Source: an uncultured Candidatus Peribacteria bacterium (GTDB lineage: Bacteria > Patescibacteriota > Gracilibacteria > Peribacterales > Peribacteraceae). From it: a stretch of DNA of 34,434 nt. Numbering within the stretch: position 1 is the stretch's first letter; the number at the start of each line of letters is the position of its first letter. This document shows, in pieces, positions 1 to 7,881 of the stretch. The notes under the pieces are model-generated. The model did no database searches, was not told where the DNA came from, and worked only from the letters and a program-made list of their open reading frames with translations. The position numbers were made by a program, and so were the translations under genes. The stretch is from NCBI GenBank assembly GCA_964494435.1, contig CAZBSN010000002.1, positions 1,969-36,402 of the forward strand, read 5' to 3'.

Positions 1-225
1 TTACCAGGAGGATTTTGTCACGCCCGGAATGTCGCCGTTCGAGGCGAGTTCGCGGAAGCAGATGCGACAAATGGAGAAGAAGCGAATGTAGCCGTGACGC
101 CTGTGACACAGGCTGCAGCGGTTGTAGGCACGGATGGCATGCTTCGGCTTTTTGCCCGCGGCTTTCGCCTCACGGACAGAGTCGTTCTTGCGTTGCCAGC
201 TGATGACGAGACTTTTGCGTGCCAT
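1..225 (-). CDS. rpsN: 30S ribosomal protein S14, zinc-ribbon (CxxC...CxxC) type
   Basis: 74-aa ORF with an ATG at 223-225. It contains CSLC...CRIC and the conserved C-terminus GVTKSSW. It follows rplE, as in spc operons. Confidence 0.9.
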   Translation of the reverse strand: MARKSLVISWQRKNDSVREAKAAGKKPKHAIRAYNRCSLCHRRHGYIRFFSICRICFRELASNGDIPGVTKSSW

Positions 226-267
226 GGGGTCAGAGTGGGGGGAGTGTGGGGGTCAGAGGAGTGAAAA

Positions 268-840
268 TCAAGCAGCGGCGCGCGTTTCTTGGCGTGAAGG
301 ACGGAATGGCATACCAATCGCCTTGAGCAACGCTCTCGCGTCTGCTTCCTTTGCCGCTTTGATGGTGAATTGAATCTGCATACCGAATGACTTCACGAGA
401 TCAAGCGAAGGGATCTCCGGGAACACCGTCTGATCCTTCAAGCCAATGGCGTAGTTGCCGTGGCCGTCCATTTTCGTAGGGAGACCGCGGAAGTCGCGGA
501 TGCGTGGGAGCACATAGCTCACGAGACGATCGACGAATTCTTCCATCTTCTGGCCGCGAAGCGTGACCATGGCTCCAACAACGAGACCCTTGCGGATCTT
601 GAAGTTCGAGATGGCTTTGCGGCTCTCGCGGAGAATCGGCTTCTGACCCGTGATCTTCTGGAGTGAGTCGACGATGAATTCCTGCATTTCCTTTCCTTCC
701 AAGTTCGAGCGGTTGATGCCCACGTTCACGATCACCTTCTGCAGTTTCGGAAGGGCATGTGAGTTCTTGATGCCGAGATCCTTCTTCAAGGTGTCGGCAA
801 TGGGACCGCGGAGCCGTTGGCGAAGAGGTGCGTACTTCAT
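268..840 (-). CDS. rplE: 50S ribosomal protein L5
   Basis: 190 aa. The conserved L5 stretches (PKLQKVIVNVG, KPILRESRKAISNFKIRKG, GNYAIGL) and the operon position both fit. Confidence 0.93.
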   Translation of the reverse strand: MKYAPLRQRLRGPIADTLKKDLGIKNSHALPKLQKVIVNVGINRSNLEGKEMQEFIVDSLQKITGQKPILRESRKAISNFKIRKGLVVGAMVTLRGQKMEEFVDRLVSYVLPRIRDFRGLPTKMDGHGNYAIGLKDQTVFPEIPSLDLVKSFGMQIQFTIKAAKEADARALLKAIGMPFRPSRQETRAAA

Positions 841-845
841 ATGGA

Positions 846-1373
846 TTAGCCGCCTTGGGAGCGGTGTGCGGAAGGAAGCGCAGCAGCGCCACCATCTTTG
901 GTGCCGCCTTCTTTCACGGATCCGTCATCGTTCTTCGATCCGGAACGCTTCCAGAATGGCTGCTTCACGGGAACTCCTGCCGGAGTTGTTGTTGCTGGCT
1001 TCTCAATTGTTGCGTCGGTCGTCTCCTTCTTCTTCCCCTTCGTTGCAGCTTTGACCGTCGCCTTCGTGATCACTTCACCGCTGGCCTTCGCGATGCGCTT
1101 CTTCGATCCGGTCTTCGGATCGACTTTGTATCCAATGCGCGTCGGCTTCTTTGTCTTCGGATCGACGATCATCACCTTGGATGCGTTCAAGCTCGCTTCG
1201 TATTGAATGCGCTGACCAGGACCCTGTTGGGTCTTGCGGATGTGGCGTGTGCGGATGTTTGCACCTTCGACGATCAGTTCATTCGTGTCGCTGAAAACGC
1301 GCAGCACAGTCCCCTGCTTGCCCTTGTCCTTGCCGCTGATAATGAGGACGAGATCGCCCGTATGGATTTTCAT
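846..1373 (-). CDS. rplX: 50S ribosomal protein L24 with a long Lys/Thr/Gly-rich C-terminal extension
   Basis: The N-terminal KOW region is [24 protein letters not shown]. The protein is 175 aa against roughly 105 aa typical. It overlaps the rplN stop by 4 nt (ATGA). Confidence 0.9.
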   Translation of the reverse strand: MKIHTGDLVLIISGKDKGKQGTVLRVFSDTNELIVEGANIRTRHIRKTQQGPGQRIQYEASLNASKVMIVDPKTKKPTRIGYKVDPKTGSKKRIAKASGEVITKATVKAATKGKKKETTDATIEKPATTTPAGVPVKQPFWKRSGSKNDDGSVKEGGTKDGGAAALPSAHRSQGG

Positions 1374-1738
1374 AGAACGTCAGGAGCTTGGGAGATGATC
1401 TTCTGGTAACCCTTCGCGCGCAGTTCGCGTGCGACGGGACCGAAGACGCGGGTGCCCTTGGGGAGACCGTCCGGTTGAACGATTACGCAGGCGTTGTCAT
1501 CGAAGCGAATGCCGGAACCGTCCTTGCGGCGCGTGAGACTGCGCATACGAACAACCACTGCGCGCTCAACAGTCTTCTTCTTCACCGTGCCGCGAGGCGA
1601 TGCATCTTTCACCGTGATGATGATCACGTCGCCGATGCGAGCGTAGCGGCGGCGGCTGCCTCCGAGCACGCGGATGCACATGGCGATTTTCGCGCCTGTG
1701 TTATCTGCCACTGTGAGGTAGGTCTGCTGCTGAATCAT
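1370..1738 (-). CDS. rplN: 50S ribosomal protein L14
   Basis: 122 aa, starting [17 protein letters not shown], with the canonical L14 length. Confidence 0.95.
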   Translation of the reverse strand: MIQQQTYLTVADNTGAKIAMCIRVLGGSRRRYARIGDVIIITVKDASPRGTVKKKTVERAVVVRMRSLTRRKDGSGIRFDDNACVIVQPDGLPKGTRVFGPVARELRAKGYQKIISQAPDVL

Positions 1739-2061
1739 TTGGCTTTGGTGGTAGCGGCTTCTGCATCTGCTTCTTTCTGCTTCTTCGTGTCTGCGATGTC
1801 GGCCATCTCACTCACGCGCGGCACGCGCTTCAGAACTTCGATGAGGCGGAAGTGCTTGCGAGCAGAGAGCGGACGGCATTCTTCGATCAAGACTTCATCT
1901 CCGACGCCGATGTCGCTCTGGCCCTTCGTATCAACGAGGAACTTCTTGCTCACGCGGTAGCTCTTGCGATAGAGCGGATGGCGCACCTGTTGGTGGACGA
2001 TCACCGTGATGGTGTCCTTCATTTTCCCGGCCGATGTGACGACGCCTATTTTCTGGGTCAT
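1735..2061 (-). CDS. rpsQ: 30S ribosomal protein S17 with a short acidic/Lys C-terminal tail
   Basis: 108 aa with an S17 core ([17 protein letters not shown]...HPLYRK). ATGA overlaps at both ends. Confidence 0.9.
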   Translation of the reverse strand: MTQKIGVVTSAGKMKDTITVIVHQQVRHPLYRKSYRVSKKFLVDTKGQSDIGVGDEVLIEECRPLSARKHFRLIEVLKRVPRVSEMADIADTKKQKEADAEAATTKAK

Positions 2062-2318
2062 GCGTTCTTGGGGGCAGAGACTTTAGCGGTTGGAGAGGTC
2101 TTCTTCAATGCAGGAGCCGCATTATTCTTCTCAGAGACGACGGTGTGCACCTGGGCGACAAACTTGCGCAGTCTGCGCACTTTCGCCGTGTCCTTCTCGC
2201 TCTTTGCTGCAACCATAAGCGTCATTTTGCTCAAAGACGCACGGTGTTCGGCGATCTCCTGGTGGAGATCCTTAGTCTGCATCGCGCGAAGCTCTTTGAG
2301 GGTGGGGAGTGAAGCCAT
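2058..2318 (-). CDS. rpmC: 50S ribosomal protein L29
   Basis: 86 aa starting LKELRAMQTKDLHQEIAEHRASL. It lies between rplP and rpsQ. Confidence 0.88.
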   Translation of the reverse strand: MASLPTLKELRAMQTKDLHQEIAEHRASLSKMTLMVAAKSEKDTAKVRRLRKFVAQVHTVVSEKNNAAPALKKTSPTAKVSAPKNA

Positions 2319-2322
2319 GGGA

Positions 2323-2781
2323 TTAAGCGGCGAGGGAGTAATTGGTTTCCGTCTTCGTCGTCGTGTCTGTCAGTCTTGTGACGATCTTCGTCTTGAGCGG
2401 CAACTTGTGCGCAGCGAGACGGAGAGCCTCTTTTGCTTTGTCGTGGGAGAGACCGTCCATTTCGAAGATCATGGCGCCGCGCTTGAGAACGGTCGAAAAA
2501 TATTCGAGAGAACCTTTACCGGCGCCCATCGGCACCTCGGCGGCCTTCCGCGTCACCGCCGTGTGCGGGAAAATACGAATCCAGATTTTACCGCCGCGCT
2601 GAACGCTGTGCGTCATCGCTTTGCGAGCAGCTTCGATCTGGCGAGCCGTGATTTCACCACCCTCAATGCACTTGAGACCGATCGACCCGAAGGCGAGCGT
2701 TGCTCCGCGCTGCGCTTTACCGTGGAATGCTCCGCGGTTGCGATGGGGCTTGCGATAGGTGAGTTTCTTGGGTTCTAACAT
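2323..2781 (-). CDS. rplP: 50S ribosomal protein L16
   Basis: 152 aa starting MLEPKKLTYRKPHRNR, with GGKIWIRIFPH. Confidence 0.95.
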   Translation of the reverse strand: MLEPKKLTYRKPHRNRGAFHGKAQRGATLAFGSIGLKCIEGGEITARQIEAARKAMTHSVQRGGKIWIRIFPHTAVTRKAAEVPMGAGKGSLEYFSTVLKRGAMIFEMDGLSHDKAKEALRLAAHKLPLKTKIVTRLTDTTTKTETNYSLAA

Positions 2782-2793
2782 GGGTGGGTGGAA

Positions 2794-3471
2794 TTACTGC
2801 TGCTTTTGGGGAGAGGTGAGAGCGTGCGACTGCATTTGCTGAGCGGTCTTGAACACCATTCCCTTAAAGACGTGCACCTGAACGCCGATCGTGCCGAACT
2901 TCGTGATGGCGTGGCGTCGAGCGAACTGAATGTTCGCGCGAAGTGTCTGCAAAGGAATGTTGCCTTCTTTGAATGAGTCCGAACGTGCGATCTCCGCTCC
3001 GTTGAGACGACCTGCCAAGGAGATTTTCACGCCGAGTGCGCCACTGGCCATCGCCTTCTCGATCGCTTGCTTGGCAGCTCTGCGATATGGCATGCGGCGT
3101 TCGATCTGTTGCTGAATGCTTTCTGCAATGATTTCAGCGTCTGCATCTGGGTTGCGAACTTCTTGAATGTCGACGAGGAACGAACCGCCAAAGCGCTTTT
3201 CAAGATCTTTCTTGAGCTCTTCGATTGCGGCTCCTTGCTTGCCGATGATGATGCCCGGCTTGCTCGAACGAATCGTCACCTGTGTCTTCTTGCTGCGTTC
3301 AATAAGAATCTCGCTGATGCCCGCATCCTTCAACTTCGTCTTGAGATACCGCTTGATCTTCATGTCTTCGAGGAAGAGCGTGCGGAACATCTTTCCTTCT
3401 GCAAACCACGTGGAGGGCCAGGATCGGATGACTCCAGTGCGGAAGCCGTTGGGGTTTACTTTCTGACCCAT
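2794..3471 (-). CDS. rpsC: 30S ribosomal protein S3
   Basis: 225 aa starting MGQKVNPNGFRTGV, with KH-domain motifs. Confidence 0.95.
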   Translation of the reverse strand: MGQKVNPNGFRTGVIRSWPSTWFAEGKMFRTLFLEDMKIKRYLKTKLKDAGISEILIERSKKTQVTIRSSKPGIIIGKQGAAIEELKKDLEKRFGGSFLVDIQEVRNPDADAEIIAESIQQQIERRMPYRRAAKQAIEKAMASGALGVKISLAGRLNGAEIARSDSFKEGNIPLQTLRANIQFARRHAITKFGTIGVQVHVFKGMVFKTAQQMQSHALTSPQKQQ

Positions 3472-3474
3472 GGG

Positions 3475-4005
3475 TTATTGGGAGGAAGAAGAGGATTTCG
3501 AGGATATCGAAGACTTCGAGGACTCATCTTTCTTCGACGTCTTCGAGGTCGTTGTAGTCTTCGACGTCCTTTTCGAGGGCTTTCCTTCTACAGGAGCTGC
3601 TGCACCTTGTGAAGCTTTTGCGCGAGCTTTCGCGCCTTTCTTGCCACCACCCTTCTTCGGCATCGTGCGCTTTTCATCCGTGAGAAGTCCAAGTGTCAGC
3701 GTGATATGTGACATGAATTTGCGCATCGGACGCATGCGGCCGCGAGCCATCGGCACGCCGCGGCGATACCCCATGCCCTGGTTCACGACGAGCGACTGGA
3801 TCATGAGCTGACCGCGCGATTGCTTGTCGTTGTGCACGGCGTTTGCCGCTGCGGATGCTATGAGCTTTTCGAGGAAACGCGCAGCCTTCTTGTTCGTGCG
3901 TGAGAGTTGCGTCAGCGCTTCCTCCACGGTGAGTCCGCGGATCATCGCTGCGACGATATTCGCCTTCTTAGGAGCGATACGGGCCGATTGGAGAGAGGCT
4001 TTCAT
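3475..4005 (-). CDS. rplV: 50S ribosomal protein L22 with a Ser/Lys/Thr-rich C-terminal tail
   Basis: L22 core (ARIAPKKANIVAAMIRG) followed by about 60 aa of low complexity ending in KSSISSKSSSSSQ. Total length 176 aa. Confidence 0.9.
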   Translation of the reverse strand: MKASLQSARIAPKKANIVAAMIRGLTVEEALTQLSRTNKKAARFLEKLIASAAANAVHNDKQSRGQLMIQSLVVNQGMGYRRGVPMARGRMRPMRKFMSHITLTLGLLTDEKRTMPKKGGGKKGAKARAKASQGAAAPVEGKPSKRTSKTTTTSKTSKKDESSKSSISSKSSSSSQ

Positions 4006-4016
4006 GGGATGAGGGA

Positions 4017-4355
4017 TTATTTAGCGGGAGCTGCTGCGGGAGCGGATGGAGCAATACCGGGAGGCATCATGCCGGGCTTCGCCTCGGCGGCGGCAGCCTT
4101 GCCTCCGTGTGCTTTGAACTTCGTGGTCCAGGAAAATTCACCAAGCTTGTGACCAACCATCTGTTCCGTGACGTACACCGGGAGGAATTCTTTTCCGTTG
4201 TGGACGGCGAACGTGAATCCAACGAACTCCGGCGGGATGTCGCAATCGCGAGCCCACGTTTTCACGATCTTCTTGTCACCTGCAGCGATCATCTTCTCAA
4301 CTTTCTTGAGAAGACCTGGATCGATGTAGGGGCCTTTTTTGAGGGAGCGTGACAT
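4017..4355 (-). CDS. rpsS: 30S ribosomal protein S19 with an Ala/Pro-rich tail
   Basis: [12 protein letters not shown]...HNGKEF...GHKLGEF. Length 112 aa. Confidence 0.93.
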   Translation of the reverse strand: MSRSLKKGPYIDPGLLKKVEKMIAAGDKKIVKTWARDCDIPPEFVGFTFAVHNGKEFLPVYVTEQMVGHKLGEFSWTTKFKAHGGKAAAAEAKPGMMPPGIAPSAPAAAPAK

Positions 4356-4373
4356 GGGAGGGAGGGAGGAAGA

Positions 4374-5222
4374 TTACTTCTTCTTATTTTTCTTGGTACG
4401 TCGGCGGAGAATGAGCTGGCTCGACTTCAGCTTGCGCTTGCGGGTTTTAACGCCAAGAGCTTTCTTTCCCCACGGCGTCTTCGGACCCTTGAGACCGATC
4501 GACGTGTGGCCTTCACCACCACCATGCGGGTGGTCCACAGCGTTCATCGCGGTGCCGAGCACTTGCGGACGACGACCCTTCCAGCGAATGCGGCCTGCTT
4601 TTCCGATAACGACGAGGTTGTGATCAGGATTCGAGACGAGACCGATCGTGGCGGAACACTCCTTGCGAATCTTGCGCATCTCACCGCTTGGCAATTCGAT
4701 GATGGCGAAGTCGCCATCGATGCCGACGAGCGTCGCTGCCGTGCCGGCGGAGCGGACGATCTGACCGCCTTTGCCCGGCTGCATTTCAAGGTTGAACACT
4801 TTGTAACCCACCGGGATGTGCTGAAGTTGCATGCGGTTGCCCGTCTTCACTTTCGTGCGAACGCCGGAGACGATCTGATCCCCCGCCACCACTCCCTGCG
4901 GAGCAAGGTGGTAGCGCTTCTCACCGTCCGCATATTGGACGAGGAGGAGACGTGACGTGCGATTTGGATCGTATTCGACGGCGACAACCGTTCCGGGGAT
5001 TCCGGCCTTGTCGATCTGACGGAAGTCGACGATGCGCTGGAGTCTCTTATGGCCACCACCGCGATGACGCACGGACACTTGTCCTTTGCCGTCACGACCC
5101 GAAATGCGCTGCTTGCCGTACACGAGGCTCTTCTCCGGTCGCTTCTTGGCGAGGTCAGAGAAGTCCAGCACCGTCATTTGGCGGCGTCCGGGAGTCGTTG
5201 GTTTAATCTTCTTGATAGGCAT
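4374..5222 (-). CDS. rplB: 50S ribosomal protein L2
   Basis: 282 aa starting MPIKKIKPTTPGRR, with GGGHKR and HPHGGGEG motifs. Confidence 0.96.
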   Translation of the reverse strand: MPIKKIKPTTPGRRQMTVLDFSDLAKKRPEKSLVYGKQRISGRDGKGQVSVRHRGGGHKRLQRIVDFRQIDKAGIPGTVVAVEYDPNRTSRLLLVQYADGEKRYHLAPQGVVAGDQIVSGVRTKVKTGNRMQLQHIPVGYKVFNLEMQPGKGGQIVRSAGTAATLVGIDGDFAIIELPSGEMRKIRKECSATIGLVSNPDHNLVVIGKAGRIRWKGRRPQVLGTAMNAVDHPHGGGEGHTSIGLKGPKTPWGKKALGVKTRKRKLKSSQLILRRRTKKNKKK

Positions 5223-5225
5223 GGG

Positions 5226-5528
5226 TTAGGAGAGTTTGAGATTCGTAAGGTCGAGTGCTTTGCTCTTCTCGCCGAGCGTGACGATCGCGCGCTTGCTGCG
5301 ATGACGCTTCGTCATGAAGTTCGATCCGCTGAGCGCGCGAGTCTTCGGGCCGAGCCAGAGCACACGCACACTTACGACTTGAACATCGAAGAGTGCTTCA
5401 AGTGCATTTGTCACATCGATCTTCGTCGCGGCTGCGTCGATCTTCAGCGTGTACGTTCTGTGCTGAGCCTTCTGGCGTTCAGCCTTCTCCGTCACGATTT
5501 GGCCGGTGATGACGCGTGCGAGGTCCAT
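5226..5528 (-). CDS. rplW: 50S ribosomal protein L23
   Basis: 100 aa lying between rplD and rplB, with an L23-like core (TEKA...YTLKIDAAATKIDV). Confidence 0.88.
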   Translation of the reverse strand: MDLARVITGQIVTEKAERQKAQHRTYTLKIDAAATKIDVTNALEALFDVQVVSVRVLWLGPKTRALSGSNFMTKRHRSKRAIVTLGEKSKALDLTNLKLS

Positions 5529-5534
5529 AGGGTG

Positions 5535-6296
5535 TTAGGCGGATTTCTTGGCTTTAGGAGCGGCTTTCTTCTTGGTTACTTGTTTCTTGGCTGTCGTCGG
5601 CTTCTTCGACGCTTCGGCCTTATCTGCCTTCGCCGTGTCCTTCTTCGTCACGCGCGTCGGGGTGTTCTTCTTTCCAAAGAGTCGGTCAGCTTCCTCGATT
5701 GCATCAGAGAGGAAGAGGATGGTGCGTGCGTGGAGAACTGCTTCTGCGTTGAGGTACGCGGCAGGCACAACCGTCACTCCTTGAATGTTGCGAGCGGAGA
5801 GAACGAGCGGCTTGTGCGCCGTCTTCGAGACAATGAGCAATGAACGAGCATCTGTGAGAGACATTTTCTTGAGAAGATCAGCGAGCGTCTTCGTCTTCAC
5901 AGAGTCGCCGTATCCTTCGAGGCCCATGATCGTCCCCTTCTCGGCTTGGACACTGAGGCAGGAACGAAGAGCGGCATGGCGCATCTTCTTCGGCATGTCC
6001 TTCGTGAAGTTCTTTGCGTTGCGAGGACCGAATGCCTTACCACCACCACGGAGCGTCGGGCTGCGCACATCGCCGCGGCGAGCGCGACCGGTGTGCTTCT
6101 GTTCGAAGAGTTTCTTCGTGGAACCGCTGACTTCACTGCGGGTGAGAACGTGTGCTGGGCTCTGGCGACGTCCGCTCTGCTGGCGCACTACCGCCTGGTG
6201 CATGAGGCCCCAGTTCACGGGTTGGCCAAACAAGCTCTCCGGCAGCGTGAACTGCTTTCCTTTCTGGCCGGTTATGGAATACATCTCAATGGTCAT
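5535..6296 (-). CDS. rplD: 50S ribosomal protein L4 with a Lys/Ala-rich C-terminal tail
   Basis: 253 aa with an L4 core (SGSTKKLFEQKHTGRARRGDVRSPTLRGGGKAFGP). The tail is KKPTTAKKQVTKKKAAPKAKKSA. Confidence 0.93.
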   Translation of the reverse strand: MTIEMYSITGQKGKQFTLPESLFGQPVNWGLMHQAVVRQQSGRRQSPAHVLTRSEVSGSTKKLFEQKHTGRARRGDVRSPTLRGGGKAFGPRNAKNFTKDMPKKMRHAALRSCLSVQAEKGTIMGLEGYGDSVKTKTLADLLKKMSLTDARSLLIVSKTAHKPLVLSARNIQGVTVVPAAYLNAEAVLHARTILFLSDAIEEADRLFGKKNTPTRVTKKDTAKADKAEASKKPTTAKKQVTKKKAAPKAKKSA

Positions 6297-6301
6297 GGGA
6301 G

Positions 6302-6943
6302 TTATTTGGCATCGGGAGCGGACTTGCCCCCCGTAGCCTTGGCGGAGGAGGGTTCAAGCGTCAAAAACACGGCGGCGCCGTTTGGTCCTGGGACCGAACC
6401 GGCAATGCCGACGAGATTCTTCTTTGAGTCAGACACCACAACCGCGCGATTTTTGAGAGTGATCTTGTCCAAGCCCATGTGTCCGGCCATCGCGCGTCCT
6501 TTAAAGATGCGGCCTGGATCCGTACGCATACCGATGGAACCCGGCTCGCGCTTGAAGTGCGATCCGTGAGATCCTGGGCCTCCTCCGAAGTGGAATCGCT
6601 TCATGACACCCTGAAAGCCTTTTCCTTTCGAGATACCTTGAACCGACACCATCGCATCGACCGGCAGAGATTCGACCGTCACTGTCTTGCCCGGTTCGAG
6701 TCCATCGAGGGAATCAACCTGCCATTCTTTTTGAACTTTGTATCGTGTGAGTTCTTTGCCGTTTCCCGTCTTCCAATTCTTTGGTTCAATGCCAAGAATG
6801 ACCGCATCGTATCCATCCTTCTCCTTCGTCTTCGTGCGAACGACAATGTTCGGCGTGACTTCGAGATACGTCACAGCAACAGCTTCTCCCGTTGGACGGA
6901 AGAAACGAGACATACCGACTTTGCGTGCGATAACACCGATCAT
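6302..6943 (-). CDS. rplC: 50S ribosomal protein L3
   Basis: 213 aa starting MIGVIARKVGMSRFF, with GKGFQGVMKR. ATG at 6941-6943. Confidence 0.95.
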   Translation of the reverse strand: MIGVIARKVGMSRFFRPTGEAVAVTYLEVTPNIVVRTKTKEKDGYDAVILGIEPKNWKTGNGKELTRYKVQKEWQVDSLDGLEPGKTVTVESLPVDAMVSVQGISKGKGFQGVMKRFHFGGGPGSHGSHFKREPGSIGMRTDPGRIFKGRAMAGHMGLDKITLKNRAVVVSDSKKNLVGIAGSVPGPNGAAVFLTLEPSSAKATGGKSAPDAK

Positions 6944-7052
6944 AAGAGCTTGGAGGTTCCTCTGGTCTGCTTAGTTCCGAATGGGACGGCAGACTCGAAC
7001 ACAAGTGACCTGTAGCAAGTGCTACGGGGTAACCTTGATGTGGAGTGCGGGG

Positions 7053-7081
7053 ATCCTACGTATACAGCAAACTGCTGTCAA
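7053..7081 (-). promoter_or_regulatory. Candidate sigma70-type promoter for the ribosomal-protein operon (TTGACA-17 nt-TAGGAT)
   Basis: Read on the minus strand, TTGACA is at 7081-7076, followed by a 17-nt spacer and TAGGAT at 7058-7053. This sits about 110 nt upstream of the rplC ATG. The leader contains two hairpins: GTAGCA..TGCTAC and GTCTGC..GCAGAC. Confidence 0.45.
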
Positions 7082-7090
7082 CAGGACTGG

Positions 7091-7834
7091 TCACTTATTG
7101 ACCTTCTGTAGGAGCTTTTCCATGCCCTTTTTGAAGGTTTCCTCTGCGTAGCCCGTCATGGTAAACGCCTCCTTCCCGTCGGGACCATATATAAGGAAGG
7201 TGGGCGTCCCCTTCACGTTGACTCCATCTCCGACCGCTTTTTCATCGAGAACCGCCTGTTGTGCCACCTCCCCTGCCATACAGCGATGAAGTGCGGCGAG
7301 GTCGAGATCGTCGACTTCTTGTTCGGCACTGCTAATCCATCCTTTCTCCGAGAAGACACCAAGATCACGCGACATGATGGCATCGAAGAGGGCTCGCGCT
7401 TTCGCATCTCCCTGATAGCGGGCACAAATGACGGAACGAGCTGCTTCATCGGCGCGCTTGTGAATGGACGTGAGCGGATAGTGTCGGACCACATAGCGAG
7501 CGACTCCCGTGTTGACGTACGTGTCCTTCAGCGACGGCAGAAAACTTTGGTGGAACGCCACGCATGCGGGGCACTCCATGTCGACGAACTCCACGATCGT
7601 AATTGGCGCCTTGCTTGATCCCCATGTGAGAGCGGCTTGAGCGAGAGCTGGAGTCGTGACGGTCTGTGCTTGTTCCACACGTTTTTTCTGTGCCAATTGT
7701 CGCTTCTCGCGTCTCGCTGCACGAACGTCATACTTCGTCGTAACGGACGTTGTAGGAACTCGCCATGCATCAGCTACCGGAGCAGCGATGACAAGGAGAG
7801 AGACGAAGATGGCAACAGCCGTGAAAGTTCGCAT
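7091..7834 (-). CDS. Secreted DsbA/BdbD-like thiol:disulfide oxidoreductase (thioredoxin fold, CPAC active site)
   Basis: The N-terminal signal peptide is MRTFTAVAIFVSLLVIAAPVADA. The protein has TIVEFVDMECPACVAFH and a cis-Pro loop (GTPTFLI). Confidence 0.85.
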   Translation of the reverse strand: MRTFTAVAIFVSLLVIAAPVADAWRVPTTSVTTKYDVRAARREKRQLAQKKRVEQAQTVTTPALAQAALTWGSSKAPITIVEFVDMECPACVAFHQSFLPSLKDTYVNTGVARYVVRHYPLTSIHKRADEAARSVICARYQGDAKARALFDAIMSRDLGVFSEKGWISSAEQEVDDLDLAALHRCMAGEVAQQAVLDEKAVGDGVNVKGTPTFLIYGPDGKEAFTMTGYAEETFKKGMEKLLQKVNK

Positions 7835-7881
7835 GCACCAATCCTACCCCTTCAGAGGACGATACGGTATTCTGAACCGCG

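Noticed and set aside
15-6569. Plus-strand ORFs overlapping the ribosomal-protein operon, for example 1852-2778 (308 aa), 5049-5843 (264 aa) and 5946-6569 (207 aa).
   Set aside because: They are antisense to highly conserved r-protein genes, have no recognisable domains, and show R/L/A-rich composition typical of shadow ORFs.
6985-7010. tRNA-like GTTCGAGTC (T-loop-like) sequence on the minus strand in the rplC leader.
   Set aside because: The flanking bases do not form a 5-bp T-stem, and no acceptor, anticodon or D arms can be drawn. It is more simply part of the leader hairpin region.
7835-7881. A 47-bp divergent gap between the DsbA gene and lysS, with TATTCT 8 nt upstream of the lysS ATG (a possible leaderless transcript).
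   Set aside because: There is no acceptable -35 element at 16-19 nt spacing, and a single weak hexamer is not sufficient evidence.
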